The position numbers were made by a program, and so were the translations under genes. Source: Piromyces finnis finn (Eukaryota > Fungi > Neocallimastigomycota). From it: a stretch of DNA of 64,000 nucleotides. Shown here in pieces: positions 9,800 through 23,278 of the stretch. How positions within the stretch are numbered: position 1 is the first letter of the stretch; every line of letters starts with the position of its first letter. The stretch spans positions 434,001 to 498,000 of the forward strand of contig MCFH01000025.1 in NCBI GenBank assembly GCA_002104945.1, read 5' to 3'. The notes beneath the pieces are model-generated. The model was not told the DNA's origin, searched no databases, and saw only the letters and a list, made by a program, of their open reading frames with translations.

Positions 9800-10080
9800 T
9801 AAAATCCTTCTTGGAGAAGTTTTAGAAATAATAATTTATGGGAATGGAAAATACTTTGCAAGTGTCAAAGTAAACTGATCTATATTTTTTTGGTTGTCGC
9901 TGCAGAATTTCTAACCCTATACAATGCTTTATATTATTGGCCAGCATTCGATTAATGATATAGAAAAGAAGTTTTAACAATCAAGAGCGTCAATGTTGAA
10001 GAAGGCAATAAAACCAGTATAACCAATAGAGATTATAATTTTAACGTCGAGTTCCATTGAAGGCCAATTAAAATTATTTC
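9800..10080 (+). mobile_element. Degenerate copy of the LINE 3' region
   Basis: Collinear DNA blocks shared with 6660-7000 (aaatccttcttgg..agaagtttta, gggaatggaaa..actttg.aag, ttctaacc, attggccagca, caagagcgtcaatg.tgaagaa, accaat.gagat.ataatttt) with many indels. Confidence 0.8.
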
Positions 10081-11127
10081 GCAATAATATATTAATGACC
10101 ATATTTAATTAAATTTATTATAAAACATTTATGTTTTATTTCCAAATTCATATATTATAATTATAATTTTGGTTAATAAAATGAAGATATTAATATATAT
10201 ACTATTGTTGGAGTATATACATTATAGTGTAATAATGTCCTTTTCTTATTTCTAATAAAACTATTAAAATATATTATACTTATTTTATATTCAATTATGT
10301 TTTGTTAAAATAATTTTAAATTTAAATTTATTTTTTATAATAGGTATAGTACTAATAACAACAATTATAAAATAATATTAGATATAATATTAATAGTAAT
10401 TGGGACTATGATTTTTTTTTAAGCTTTTTAATGATTCATTCATTAGTTAGATATATACTAAATAATTTATTATTATTTTTTATCTATATGATTGAATGGA
10501 AGTTTTTTTTTTTTTTTTTTTTTACTTTTAAAATTTCTAGAATTCATTATACTTGTGACTATTAAATTATACAAGAAAATGGAAAGAAAAGTTTTGTATT
10601 AATTAAACTAAACCTAGCACATATAAAATTTTATTTAATTAAATTTAACATTTATACTAATATTGCTGATTCTTCTTTACGTTCAATGTTTTTACTTTTT
10701 AATTGATATTTAAAATCTACTAAATATTATAAGGTATTGTGATTATGATTATGGTAAACGGCTATAATGATAAAATACTTTTTATTACTATAGGAGCTTT
10801 ACTTTTATTAACTACTAAAATTATTTCTAATTCAAGTGTTTTATAAAAAAAAATATATATATTTAAAACTTTGGAATAAATTTAATTCTCATTTATCATG
10901 CTAATTTTAGCTATTTAAATATTTAAAGTAACTTTATTTTCAAAGTTTGAATATATATACTTTTATTTATTTATTTATTATTGTAATTAAAACTTATCTA
11001 TTTAAAAATTAAAAGAGTAGATATTTATTTTTTTATTTATATATATATATTTTTTATTTATTCTTTATTTATTTTATTATTAAGGATAGATATATTAAAT
11101 TTTTTTTTAAAAAAAAATAAAAATAAA

Positions 11128-12869
11128 TTAAAGTGAATTAATTAAACAATGGTCCATAACAGTCTTTATTGAATTACAGGCATCGATACAAGTATTTATA
11201 GCCTATAAAATGATAAGATAATATATATAAAAATATATAAAATATCGAAAATATTAATATAAAAAAGTTGAAAACGAAGACTTTTATATTTTATAAATTA
11301 TATTAGAAATAAACTTTTTTTTTTTTTTTAAAAAAAAGAAGATATACTTACTTCTATGCTTTGTTCAGCCTCCATTTTACCAGTACATAAAACATGTGTA
11401 ATTTGTTTAAGAGATGGCATGTAAGAAAGCATAAATTTACTATTGGTATCATTTTCTTCTTCAGAAGCATCAGGATCTAAGCATATATTTCCTTTAATGC
11501 AAGTCTGTATTTAATAGAAAAAAAATTATATTTTTATATATTATTTGAATATATAATAGATTTTATTATTTTATATCATTTTTTTTATATTTTTAATTAT
11601 ATTATAAATATATATATTTACTCAATTAATTATACTTACAGCAGATGCAGCGGCAACAAGATCGTACATTTGTATACCAGCATCAGTTAAAGCAATAGAG
11701 GCACAAGTAATAGCAGCAGCTAAACATGCAGTTGTACCATCATTTTCAAGAACAGTAATATAAATATCAATTGTTGATTTTGGATATAAATTAAGACGAA
11801 TAGCTGGTAAAAAGGCTTGTTGTATAATTAAAGAATATTCACGTTCTTGGGCGTTCTGTTATTATAATTTGGGAAGGAAATAATAATAAATAGTAATAAT
11901 AATTGTAATAATAACAATAACAATAATAAATTAAATTAAAATATATTGCATATATTGCATAAATAATTTAAATATTTTAATGGGATGTTTATGGATTTAT
12001 AATACAAATATATATGTTTAATTTACCCTTATATATCCACAACGTTTATTACAAGAGAATGGTGCAAATTTAAATTCACAATAAATATTACCTTCATCAG
12101 AAACCATAGAACGTTTTGATGAACGTGGTCCGTAACTGTTATTTAAAAAAATTCATTAAGAGAAAAAAAAATCAAGAGATTTATTCCACAGTCAAATATC
12201 GAGAATATAATATATATTATATAATTTAAAGATTTAAAAAATAATTCATAAGTATATTAGAATAAGATTTAAAATTTAATTTTTGTTGATTTCAGGAATT
12301 TTTGTTTTGTTATTATTATTATCATTATTATTATTATTTTTTTTTTTGTTTTAAATTAGATGATAATATATTGTTAATAATAGTTACACTCCACATATAA
12401 CTTTTATATTTTCTGCTTCATAATAAGCTGAACCATTGGCTTTTTTAATGACATTTGGTTTGATAACTTATAATAATATATATGCGTTCATAAAATTTGT
12501 AATTGATATTTAAATAAAAATATTATAATAACAATATGTTATTTATTTATATATAAATATATATATATAAAGTTAGATATTATACTATGGATATATTTAA
12601 AAAAATTTTTTTTATAAATAATTAGTTTAATATGAGTAATTAGTATTAGCTATGGTTGCATTATTTCATAATACCACCATCTCCATCACCACCACCATCA
12701 CTATTAATAATGATAGAAAAAAAAAAAAAAGATAATTACATATTGGTCTTATGTTTTCAATGGATCTGTTATTCTTTCTAATTTCATTGTCATTGCTATT
12801 AGTTTGAGTAATTTTTTTTTCTATTGGTTTGACACTAATTTCCGGTCCATTAATTCTTCTCTTATCCAT
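11128..12869 (-). CDS. MTR3: Exosome complex RNase PH-like subunit Mtr3/EXOSC6 (6 exons)
   Basis: MDKRRINGPE start (family signature), KANGSAYYE, VICGVYGPR, CEFKFAPFS, IRLNLYPKSTIDIYITVLENDG, AAAITCASIALTDAGI, LDPDASEE; all introns GT-AG. Confidence 0.9.
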
Positions 12870-14171
12870 TTTAGTATGTTGTTATTTTTACAAATATCTC
12901 TCAAATATGTGATAAGTTTAATAAAATAAATCAAATTACAGATTTCTTAAAGATTTATTTGAATATATACAAATTTCAAGTATAAAAAGATATATATACA
13001 TAAAGATAATAAGTAAATATATATTTATATATTGTGGGTTTTTTTTTATATTCTTTTTATATTTTCTTAATTTTGAAATGATTTTTGGTATTACTTTGGT
13101 AGTAAATAGGAAATTGGATTAATTATTAAATTGAATATAAGAAAATAAAATATTTTAAAATGTTGTTTCTTAATAGTAAAAAAAGAATATTACTTATATA
13201 AATGAATAATATGAATGGGTGATATATATATCTATAAAAGAAAATAAATTGTTGTATAATATTAATTCCAAATTTCGATCTATTTTAATTTAAATTTCTT
13301 TTGAAATTTAAATTCTATTTTATATTATTATATAAAAGTTAAACTTTCTAAACATTTTTTTTTTATTTAAAATTATATATATATTATGATTGGTTTATAT
13401 TCAATTGACATTTAATAAAATAAAATTTATAAAGATCAAAAGATTTAAATGAAAATAATGAAAAGAGGAAAAGAAAATATTAATTTTAAAGTATATATTT
13501 ATTTATAACATATGGATAACATTCATAACATTTTATAGTAATAGTACAGTTAACTAGAAGAATTAAAAGATCATTTTTATTTATTTATTAAACAATTCTT
13601 ACTTTCTTTCTTAATCTTTTTTTTTTTTTTTTTTTTTTTGCATTTTAATTTTTAAAATTTTTGAATATTTTTGAAAAAAAATATATATTTTTTAAAATAA
13701 AGAAAATTAATAAACTTTAAAAATTTTAAATATTTTTTGGTAACTATAATAAAGTAAAAACAAACAAAAAAACAACAACAACAACAACAACAAAAAACAA
13801 AAAACAAAAAACAAAAAATAAAAGTAGTAGAAAGAAAGAAACAAGAAATATTTAAAAAATTAATTATATTTATATAATATTATTAAACCATATTTCCATA
13901 TTTCTTTTATTATTTTCATATTGTGATACTTTTTTAAGAAAATCAATAATTAATAGATTTTGAAAGAATTTTTAACAATTGAAAATTATCCAGTGGATAA
14001 AGAATTATTCTTTTTTTTTTTATTGAGTATAAATTAGTATAAAACCAATAATAGAAAAAATCGATAAGAAAAAAGAAAAACAAATAAGCAAACAATTGTA
14101 TATAAAAACAACTCTTAAAGTTAATAATAATAAAGAAATTTAAGTATTAAAAGGTATTTAGAAAACGAACT

Positions 14172-15654
14172 ATGGATTATTTTGTAGATAAAACTCTTTT
14201 TATTATTAAACCAGATGTTATCCAGTATTCCAACCAAATTGAATGGGCTGTTATGGATGCTGACTTTACCATTTTAAATGTGAATACCTTCTTTTTTCAT
14301 TTTTTCATATTTATAATAAAGTCATATAAATTATTTTACGTGTTGATTATACAGTATAATGCAAATACTAAAATTCATTTTTGTTGTTATATGCAATTTT
14401 ATTCCTTATCGAAACTATAATACAATTATATATAATTGATTAAGACAAACTAAATTTATTTAAATATATATAATTACTAGAAAAGTAGAATATTATTAAC
14501 AGAAGAACAAGTTATTGAATTTTATAAAGATCAAGAAGAAAATGAAAATTTTAATAAAGTTATTGAATATATGACCAGGTAATAATAATAATAAAAGTAG
14601 TAATAATATGTATATAGTGAGTACATAGTTATGTATTATGTATTATATATAGATATATAGAATAACAATTTTTTTTATGATAAAGAAAATGAAATTAATA
14701 ATGTTATATCTGAAATTTTTTATTATTTATTATTTTGGGATATGTATTAAAAAAAAGTGGTCCTATTATTGCTATGATTCTTTCAAAAAAGGATGCTGTT
14801 AATTCACTTAAAGAACTATTAGGTCCAGCTGATGTAGAAGTTGCAAAAGAAGAAAAGCCAAAATGGTAATTTTTTAAATATATATTCAATGTTTCAAAAT
14901 TTACATAGGCATTCATAGTAATAGTTGAAACTTATTATTACTATTATTGTGAAAAATAAAGTTAAAATTATAGTGTTAATATTTTTTTATATTTCATTTT
15001 TATTTAAAATATTATTAAATAACATTTTCTTTCTTTCTTTCTTTTTCTTTTTTTTCTCTCATATTAATTCAGTTTAAGAGCTAAATATGGTAAAGACGCC
15101 TTTTATAATGGTTTACATTGTTCTGAAACATTTGAAGAGGCAAAGAGAGAAATAGGATTTTTCTTTTCTAATGGTAAGTGCATGAATTTCTATGAAAAAA
15201 ACATTTATATATCTGTTTTTTTTTTTTTTTTTTTTTTTTTTCTAAAAAAAATTCTTCCACTATAAATAATTAAATTAATACTCGATATTTTATTTATTGA
15301 TAATATATCAATCTATATTATATATATAATATTTAGCTATTATTGATCCATTATCTGGTCGTGAAGAAGTAAGACTCTTCCTTGAGAAAGAATTATACCC
15401 AGTTCTCACTTTAGGATTAACTCAACTTTGTAAAGAAAAACCGGAAGATCCAATAGTAAGTGAATTATTTTTAATTTTTTTTTTCTTTTTCATTTTAATA
15501 AATAGAATATGAATTATTTGTTTTAAGGAATAATATTAATAATTAATTTCTATATGAATAATATATTGATATATATTATAAATAGCTATGGTTAGGAAAT
15601 TGGTTATTAAAGAATAATCCTAATACTCCTGTTATTATTGAAGTAGATGACTAG
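14172..15654 (+). CDS. NME5: Nucleoside diphosphate kinase homolog 5 (NDK + Dpy-30 domain; radial spoke RSP23-like), 6 exons
   Basis: TLFIIKPD, YMTSGPIIAMIL, LLGPADVEVAKEEKPKSLRAKYG, NGLHCSE, then Dpy-30 motif FLEKELYPVLTLGLTQLCKEKPEDPILWLGNWLLKNNPN. Confidence 0.9.
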
Positions 15655-16129
15655 AAAGACTATATAGCTATTTCAAAATAATATAGCAATATTTATTTGA
15701 AATAATTCAACTTTATTTAAAATATCCATTTTCTTGATATATATATTTTAATTTTTATATATAAATTCATTTCAAATATTTATTTATTTTATCATTTCTA
15801 ATCTTATTACAATTAAAATACAATAAATAAATATCTTAGTTTATTGTATTTTTTTTTTTATTTTTTTTTTATTATTATATGAATATATATTTTACATTAT
15901 ATATACAATTAAGTTATAAAAATAAATATTATTTAATTTCTTTTGCTTACTTTTTTGATAATAAAAAATTGAAATTTTTTTTAAATTTTAATTGATTCAT
16001 TTTTTTTATATTTATACATTAAGTTATATTAAATAAATAAAAATAAAAAACAAAAATCTTTATATATTGAAAATATTTTTGAAATACATGGTACTACTAT
16101 AAAAAATTATAAATAAATAAAAGTAAAGA

Positions 16130-16414
<285 letters not shown>

Positions 16415-17078
16415 GAGTTGTATTTCTATTATTTTAAATATTTAAAATAATAGAAATACATCTATTTGAGGTAATCTCTTCAATATGGTACATGAATAAC
16501 AAAAAATTCAATTAAATCGTGTAATAAAATTCTTTATATATTTATTATTAAACCCACTTAATAAATATTATTTAAATACTATAAAAGTTCAAAATACCTT
16601 GAAAATAAGTATTTACTTTTTATTTTTTTAATTTTATTTTATTAATTTCGATTTATATATTAAATAATAATTTTTATTATTTATCTATTCTATTAATTTT
16701 AATTATATAAACAATTAAGAAAAACTTATAGTTTATTATATATATATAATAATAATAAAGCACAGCTTATTATTATTATCATAAATTATTAAATATTAAT
16801 TTTAATAAAGGTTTATATATTTTTAAACAAAAATTACATAATACAATTATAATTTTTATATAATACTTGTTATAATATTTAATTCATTGTTATTAACTTT
16901 TTTTTTTTTTTTTTTTTTTTTTGGTATTGCTATTTTTATTATATATATAATTTGAGTTTGAAGGATAATAGCATAATAACAAGTATGATATATAAAAATC
17001 CTAAAAAAAAAAAAAAAAGAATTATTAATGGTATGAAAGGTAAAAAGAAAAAAAAATAGTAATTAAATAAAAGAACTT

Positions 17079-17079
<1 letters not shown>

Positions 17080-17146
<67 letters not shown>

Positions 17147-17149
17147 ATA
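17080..17149 (+). repeat. (TAAA)n tetranucleotide repeat
   Basis: Perfect TAAA array visible in the sequence. Confidence 0.95.
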
Positions 17150-17453
17150 CTAGTTTTAATTTTTATGATGGAATGAAAAAAAAAAATTAAAACCAAAAAA
17201 AAAAAAAAGGGATTAAATAAATAAGCTATGATAAATAAATGATATTTATCTGTCTACAGATTACAATAATATAATGATTATCCATTAAATAAGTATTAAA
17301 TAATTTATATATTTAATTAGTTTCTTCCTCCTCTTTCTTCCAATATATATAATATATATTTATTATTATATATAATCAATGTATTCTTTTTTATGATAAT
17401 ATTTTTTAAAGAATATAAAAGTATTAAAGTGATTATTTCCTTTATGAATATTT

Positions 17454-19174
17454 TTAGTAATTTTCATTTTTTAACATACAAGAAGTGGATGAATATGAAA
17501 ACTGCGTTTGATACCTCTCCAATGTTCCATTATTATCTATATCATTGACTAAATATGAAGGTAATTGCCGTTTATAATTACCATTATTATAATTTTTATT
17601 TCTCATAGGATTATCATAATTGTAATTAGTCTTATGATCATTGATATTATCATTAATTTTGGTATTACTATCCAATGAACTAAAACTTCCCATTTTTGAG
17701 GTAGTTTTCATGTATGGATTGTAATTAACGTTTTCGTAAATAATATCACTATTGCGATGATTATGATAGTAAGACATTCTATTTTCATTTTGAAGCTGCT
17801 TTTTCATTTCAACAAGGTGTTGAATTACTGAAAACCAAAAATACACTATTGAATTTAAAAATCCTTGTAATGGAGTAAATATCTGTAATTGATATTATGA
17901 TATTATACATATATAAAATATATTAATATACAACAACAAACATTAGTAATTAATAAAAGGTTAGAAAAAAAAACATTAATATTATTCTTATATGTGTTTA
18001 TATTTATATTTTATTGAAAAAGAGTTATTTATTAATTATTATTAAAGAGAATTAAATGTAAAAGAAATTATAATAAGAAAAGAAAGCTTACACCATGAAG
18101 AAGATATAATATAAAGATTGGGTGATCTGGACTTTTTATATTTTGAATACGATTTATAGTACCCCAAATCCTATGAAATAATTTTTTATATTATTATTTA
18201 TTTTTATATTTTTATAAATATTGTTGAGGGAATAGTATAATATTAATAAATAATGATATATTTCAATACGATTTATATATATTTATGAATATTTTATATT
18301 AAATATTAAAAAAAAAAAACTTACCAAGTCAAAAATAACACTAATAAATATAAATCAGATCTTTTAGCTACTGAATTATTAGTGAAATTTTGATAAGTAT
18401 TTTTATTTCTTTCTTTGTAAATATATTCTGTTGAAAAATAGACGAATAAATTAAAGAAAAATACAGTCCAAAGAGGCCCGAAAAAGAATATCATACGATA
18501 TTTACCATATTCAGAAGTAATCCAGCACCAGAATGCTGCATTACCCATAATATGATTCTCTGTTAGGCGTCTATCCATTATATAAAGGGGCAAAGTTAAT
18601 AGTAAGCTTAAACCCCAAACAATAATATGATAAATATATTCATAATTTTCAATTTTATGAATTTCTTTATTTAAACTAGCTACAAAAAATATATTAAATG
18701 CAATTGCTGTTGTCCATAGGATCGAACTTATAAAGAAAAACTGAATTGTTAAGCCTTGAATTCTGCACATTTGACCATCATCTCGAATAACATCCCTGAG
18801 AAAACCTCTATAATAATTATGATTATATAATACAAAAATAAATTTGAAATTAGTATTAGTATTTTTAAATCATATAATAATATTTTAATAATATTATATA
18901 TTTTTTATTTGTATTATATATTTTTTTTATTCATTTTTATTATAATCATTAAAAAAAATTACTTTCTAAGTAAAATATCAATAGAGCCGCATAGATCACA
19001 AAGACTCATGAAAAAGATAAGTCTATTCCATATATTATTTTTTCCAAAAAAATTTTTTGCGCAAATAATAGATACTATGATAGCACCGCTACCAACAACT
19101 GATAGGATTGCACTAACTTCAATGCAACCTTGAATAATATATCCTTTACTTTCAAAAAGTTCTTTTAATTCCAT
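17454..19174 (-). CDS. 7-TM GPCR of the cAMP-receptor-like (Dictyostelium CAR / GCR1 / fungal class V) family, 4 exons
   Basis: NRLIFFMSLCD, CRIQGLTIQFFFISSILWTTAIAFN, YHIIVWG, WCWI, WIWGTINRIQN, FILYLLHGIFTPLQGFLNSIVY; Asn-rich C tail. Confidence 0.88.
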
Positions 19175-22100
19175 TATATATATATATTCTTTTAATATTT
19201 TATTAATGTACTATTTTAATTTTAAATTTATTGAATATAATTTTATTATGATGATTAAATAATGACTTTTTTTTATTTTGTTTTATTCTATTCTCTGTGT
19301 ATTAATATTGATTATTGTTATTGTTATTTATTATTTATTAGATATTGATTATTATATCCTAAAATAAGTTTTTTATATTTAATATTATTATTAAGTTTAA
19401 GTAATATTCTATATTATAATTATTGTATTATTTAATTGTTGCTATTATAATGTATATATTTAAATTTTAATTTTTTAAAAATTTAAATATACAATTTTTG
19501 AAATTGATGATAGTTTTATTATACATAAATAATTATTATTAATATTGCTTCTTTCTTTCTTTTCTTTTTTTTTTTTTTTTAAAAAAAAAGGATAATTATA
19601 TTTTAATTGTGAATTGTAATAATTTAATATTATTTTAGATTATAAAAACTTTTTATTTGTATTGAAATCAAAGTAATTTTGTATTAGTTTTAAAAGATTT
19701 TTTCTTTAGTATTTAGTTTGAGGGAGAGTTTTATTTTATCTATATTTTATATTTTATTATATAATTTTTAAACATTATTTTGTTTATTTGTTTGTATTAT
19801 TAGCACTGTTATTATTATATTATTGTTATATCTATTATTTTAATAATATATGTTATTGTTTTTATATCTCAAATATAAAAACTTTTTAAATTCTTCCCAA
19901 AATAAAAAAGAATTTTATCAAATATATAGTATTTATTAATCCTTTTTTTGGAGAATAAAAAAAATTAATAAATAAGTGTTTTCATACTTTCATAAAATGG
20001 ATTATTAAAAGTATGAATTAAAGATTTACATTAAAATAAATCTTATTTTTTTTTTTTACTTTTTTAACAAAGAAAAAAAAAGGTTACTTTTTAAAAATTT
20101 TGTTTTTTATATGTGTATCCTTTTTTCTTTTTACATTTTTAAATTCAATTTGTGTTTAAAACCTTAATAAATAATTTATTTTTTAAAAATAAAAATTAAT
20201 ATTTGCGGTAATTAAATAAGTATATTAAATATTAATTAAATATAATAAGTTTATTAAATAATATATGAATATTACAAATTTATTATTGATATTTTGTGAT
20301 ATAAAAAAAGCTAATTTATTCTACATAATTTAATATAGATGTACTATTCATTGTATCCTATTTATTAATTATTATATATTGAATAAATATATTATAATAA
20401 ATACTAATAAAATTAATATTATAATTATTAATATATTATAATTATGAATTATTAGTATTGTGAATCAAATTTTTTTTTAAAAAATTGTATTATACACAAA
20501 GTATTTTTATTATTTTTTATTATTTATTAACTAATCTAATTTTATAATAAAATGAATAAATGAATTTTTAAATATTAAAAAAATTAATTAATAAAATTTA
20601 TTTAATATATTAGGTTACACATATTAATATGAAGACAATTCTTTCTCATGTAACACAAATTAATTTGAAAGATATTAAAAAAAGTATAAATTTTTTTAAT
20701 TGGTCAATAAAAGTTTGTTTTTGATGATGTAAAGAAAAAAATGAAAGTTTTTTTTTTTTTGATTTTTTTACAAGTAATGAAGAAATCTCAATAATCTCTT
20801 GATATTTTTTTGGTATAAAAGTATAATTTATGTAAACCTAACAAGTATTATATCTTTTATTGAAATGACTTGCTTTTTATTAATTAAAATGTCTTTTTTT
20901 TATAATGAAATGAAACAAATAGTAATAATAATAATTAAATAAATCATAAGAATTTTAATAAAATAACTATTTTTATTATCATCAAGTATTAAAAATAATA
21001 ATACATCCGTTTTTTTATTCAAAAAATTATACATCTATCACTCATTCATCACTAATAATTATTGGGAATAACCTACTTTTTTAGTATTTGTTGTCATTAT
21101 CATATTTTTTTTATCCCTTTAAACCTATATTTAGAGTGTCATTATTTTTTATAAAAATGTTTTTTTATAAAAATATTTTTTTTCTTTATGAATGTTTTTT
21201 CGGTTTAATATGTCTTAGATATATTTTAAATAAAATGTATATAGTTTTAAACCTTTTTTATTTTTATATTGCAAACAGAAAAAGAAATAGAAAATAGAAA
21301 ATAAAACAAATGAATAAAAAAATAGATAAATAAATGCGATGTATTTTATTCATTTCACTCTTAGGAGCATTATTACTCATTAATATTCATGCTCATTTTA
21401 AATGATTTCATTCTCATTCTTTTTTTTTATTATTTAGTTTATTATATTTATTCCTTCTTTTTTAATATTAATATTATTATTATGATTTATATTTTCCTTT
21501 TTTTTTTACCATCTTTAAGTACTCATATGGTCACGTGATGTTTAGAAAATAGATAATTACCTTTTATAGAAAGGGTTATCCAAAAAATTAAAAAAACTTC
21601 CATGAAAAATTAAAAAAAAGATTTTTAAATAATAATAATAAAAAAAAAATCAATCAATTTAATTTTCTTTTTTTTTTTTTTTTTAATATTAAAAATGAAA
21701 TTAAATTAAATTTATATTAAATTTTTTGAAATAAAATATTAAAAATATTTCCTTTTTTTTTAAAAAAAAGGGAAAGAAAAATGAATAGGAGGAGAGGATG
21801 GATAATGGATAATAAATAATGAAGGAATAAATGAATAGATGGAATATAAATATATTTAAAATATAAGTGCTAATTGATGATTAATAAAACTATTATCATA
21901 TTTTACTTCCTTTTATAAGATTCTACGTAATATAATGATACTATAATGAAACATTTTTATTTTAGTAAATAATTAATAGTAAGGGAAATTATGATTATGT
22001 ATTAATAGTATTGATTCTACTTGATTGTTGTACATGTTCTTGATTGTTGTTATTTTAAACCTATTAAATATCGGTTATTGGTAATTTTTATCATAAAAAA

Positions 22101-22766
22101 AAATTTGTCTAAAAGTACAAAAGTGTCTGCTTTAGCTTATCATTTATAAAATCCATTCCAATGCATTAATTTTGTACTTCTCTTAAGATATAAAAAAAAG
22201 TTTAGGAATTTCAAAAGTATGATAAATTGTTAGTGAAAAACAAGGATTTTAATATATATATTTCATTTTTTAAACTATTTAGAAAAAGAACAAGATATAT
22301 TCAAAAAGGAATATCAAAAATTATAGAAAATTATTATTATTATTATTATTATTATTTATTATAATTATTATTATTAAAAAGAAAGAAAATATTATAAAAT
22401 AAATGATAAATTTATATTCTATTTTACATTTAACAATTTAACAATTCAATATGAAAAAAGAAAAAATAAACTCACTCTACTATTTTTATATATTATTATA
22501 ACTGTATGTATGAATTTATTTATTTATTTATTATGAGATGCGATTTTATGATTTTTTTTACCATCATTATATATTTGCATTAAAACTTTAATTTTTTATT
22601 TTATTTATTATTATTTTTTAATACCTATTATACATTTTATCATTAATATTATTTTTTCTATTTTATTTTATTTTTTTTTTTTTTTTTAATTATTAATAGT
22701 TATTCAAATTTATTTTATTATTTTATTATTATTATTTTCTCTTTCTCTTTTCTTTTTTATATTTTT

Positions 22767-23117
22767 TTATTTCTTGGTTTTATTTATATTCGTTTGTTCA
22801 TAAAGATTGGAATAGATAGTTTTTCCTGTAGCAATATCAGTTGATCCCACCATAACCTATTTATAGTATTCATTATTATAACCGATAAAAATCTTTTATT
22901 AATATTTAAATTAATATGAAAATTTTAAAATATATACATTAATTACATTAACATTATATTCTTGACCAATATTCATTAATTCATTGACTTCATTAAAGGT
23001 GACACCACCAACAATAAAGAAAATAATAATGTCATTTTGAGTTGGGAGAGGTTGGTTTTGTCTTCTACGACTGAAATATAAATAATAAATAATAAAATAT
23101 ATGTAATATAAATATAA

Positions 23118-23192
<75 letters not shown>

Positions 23193-23199
23193 ATTATTA

Positions 23200-23278
<79 letters not shown>

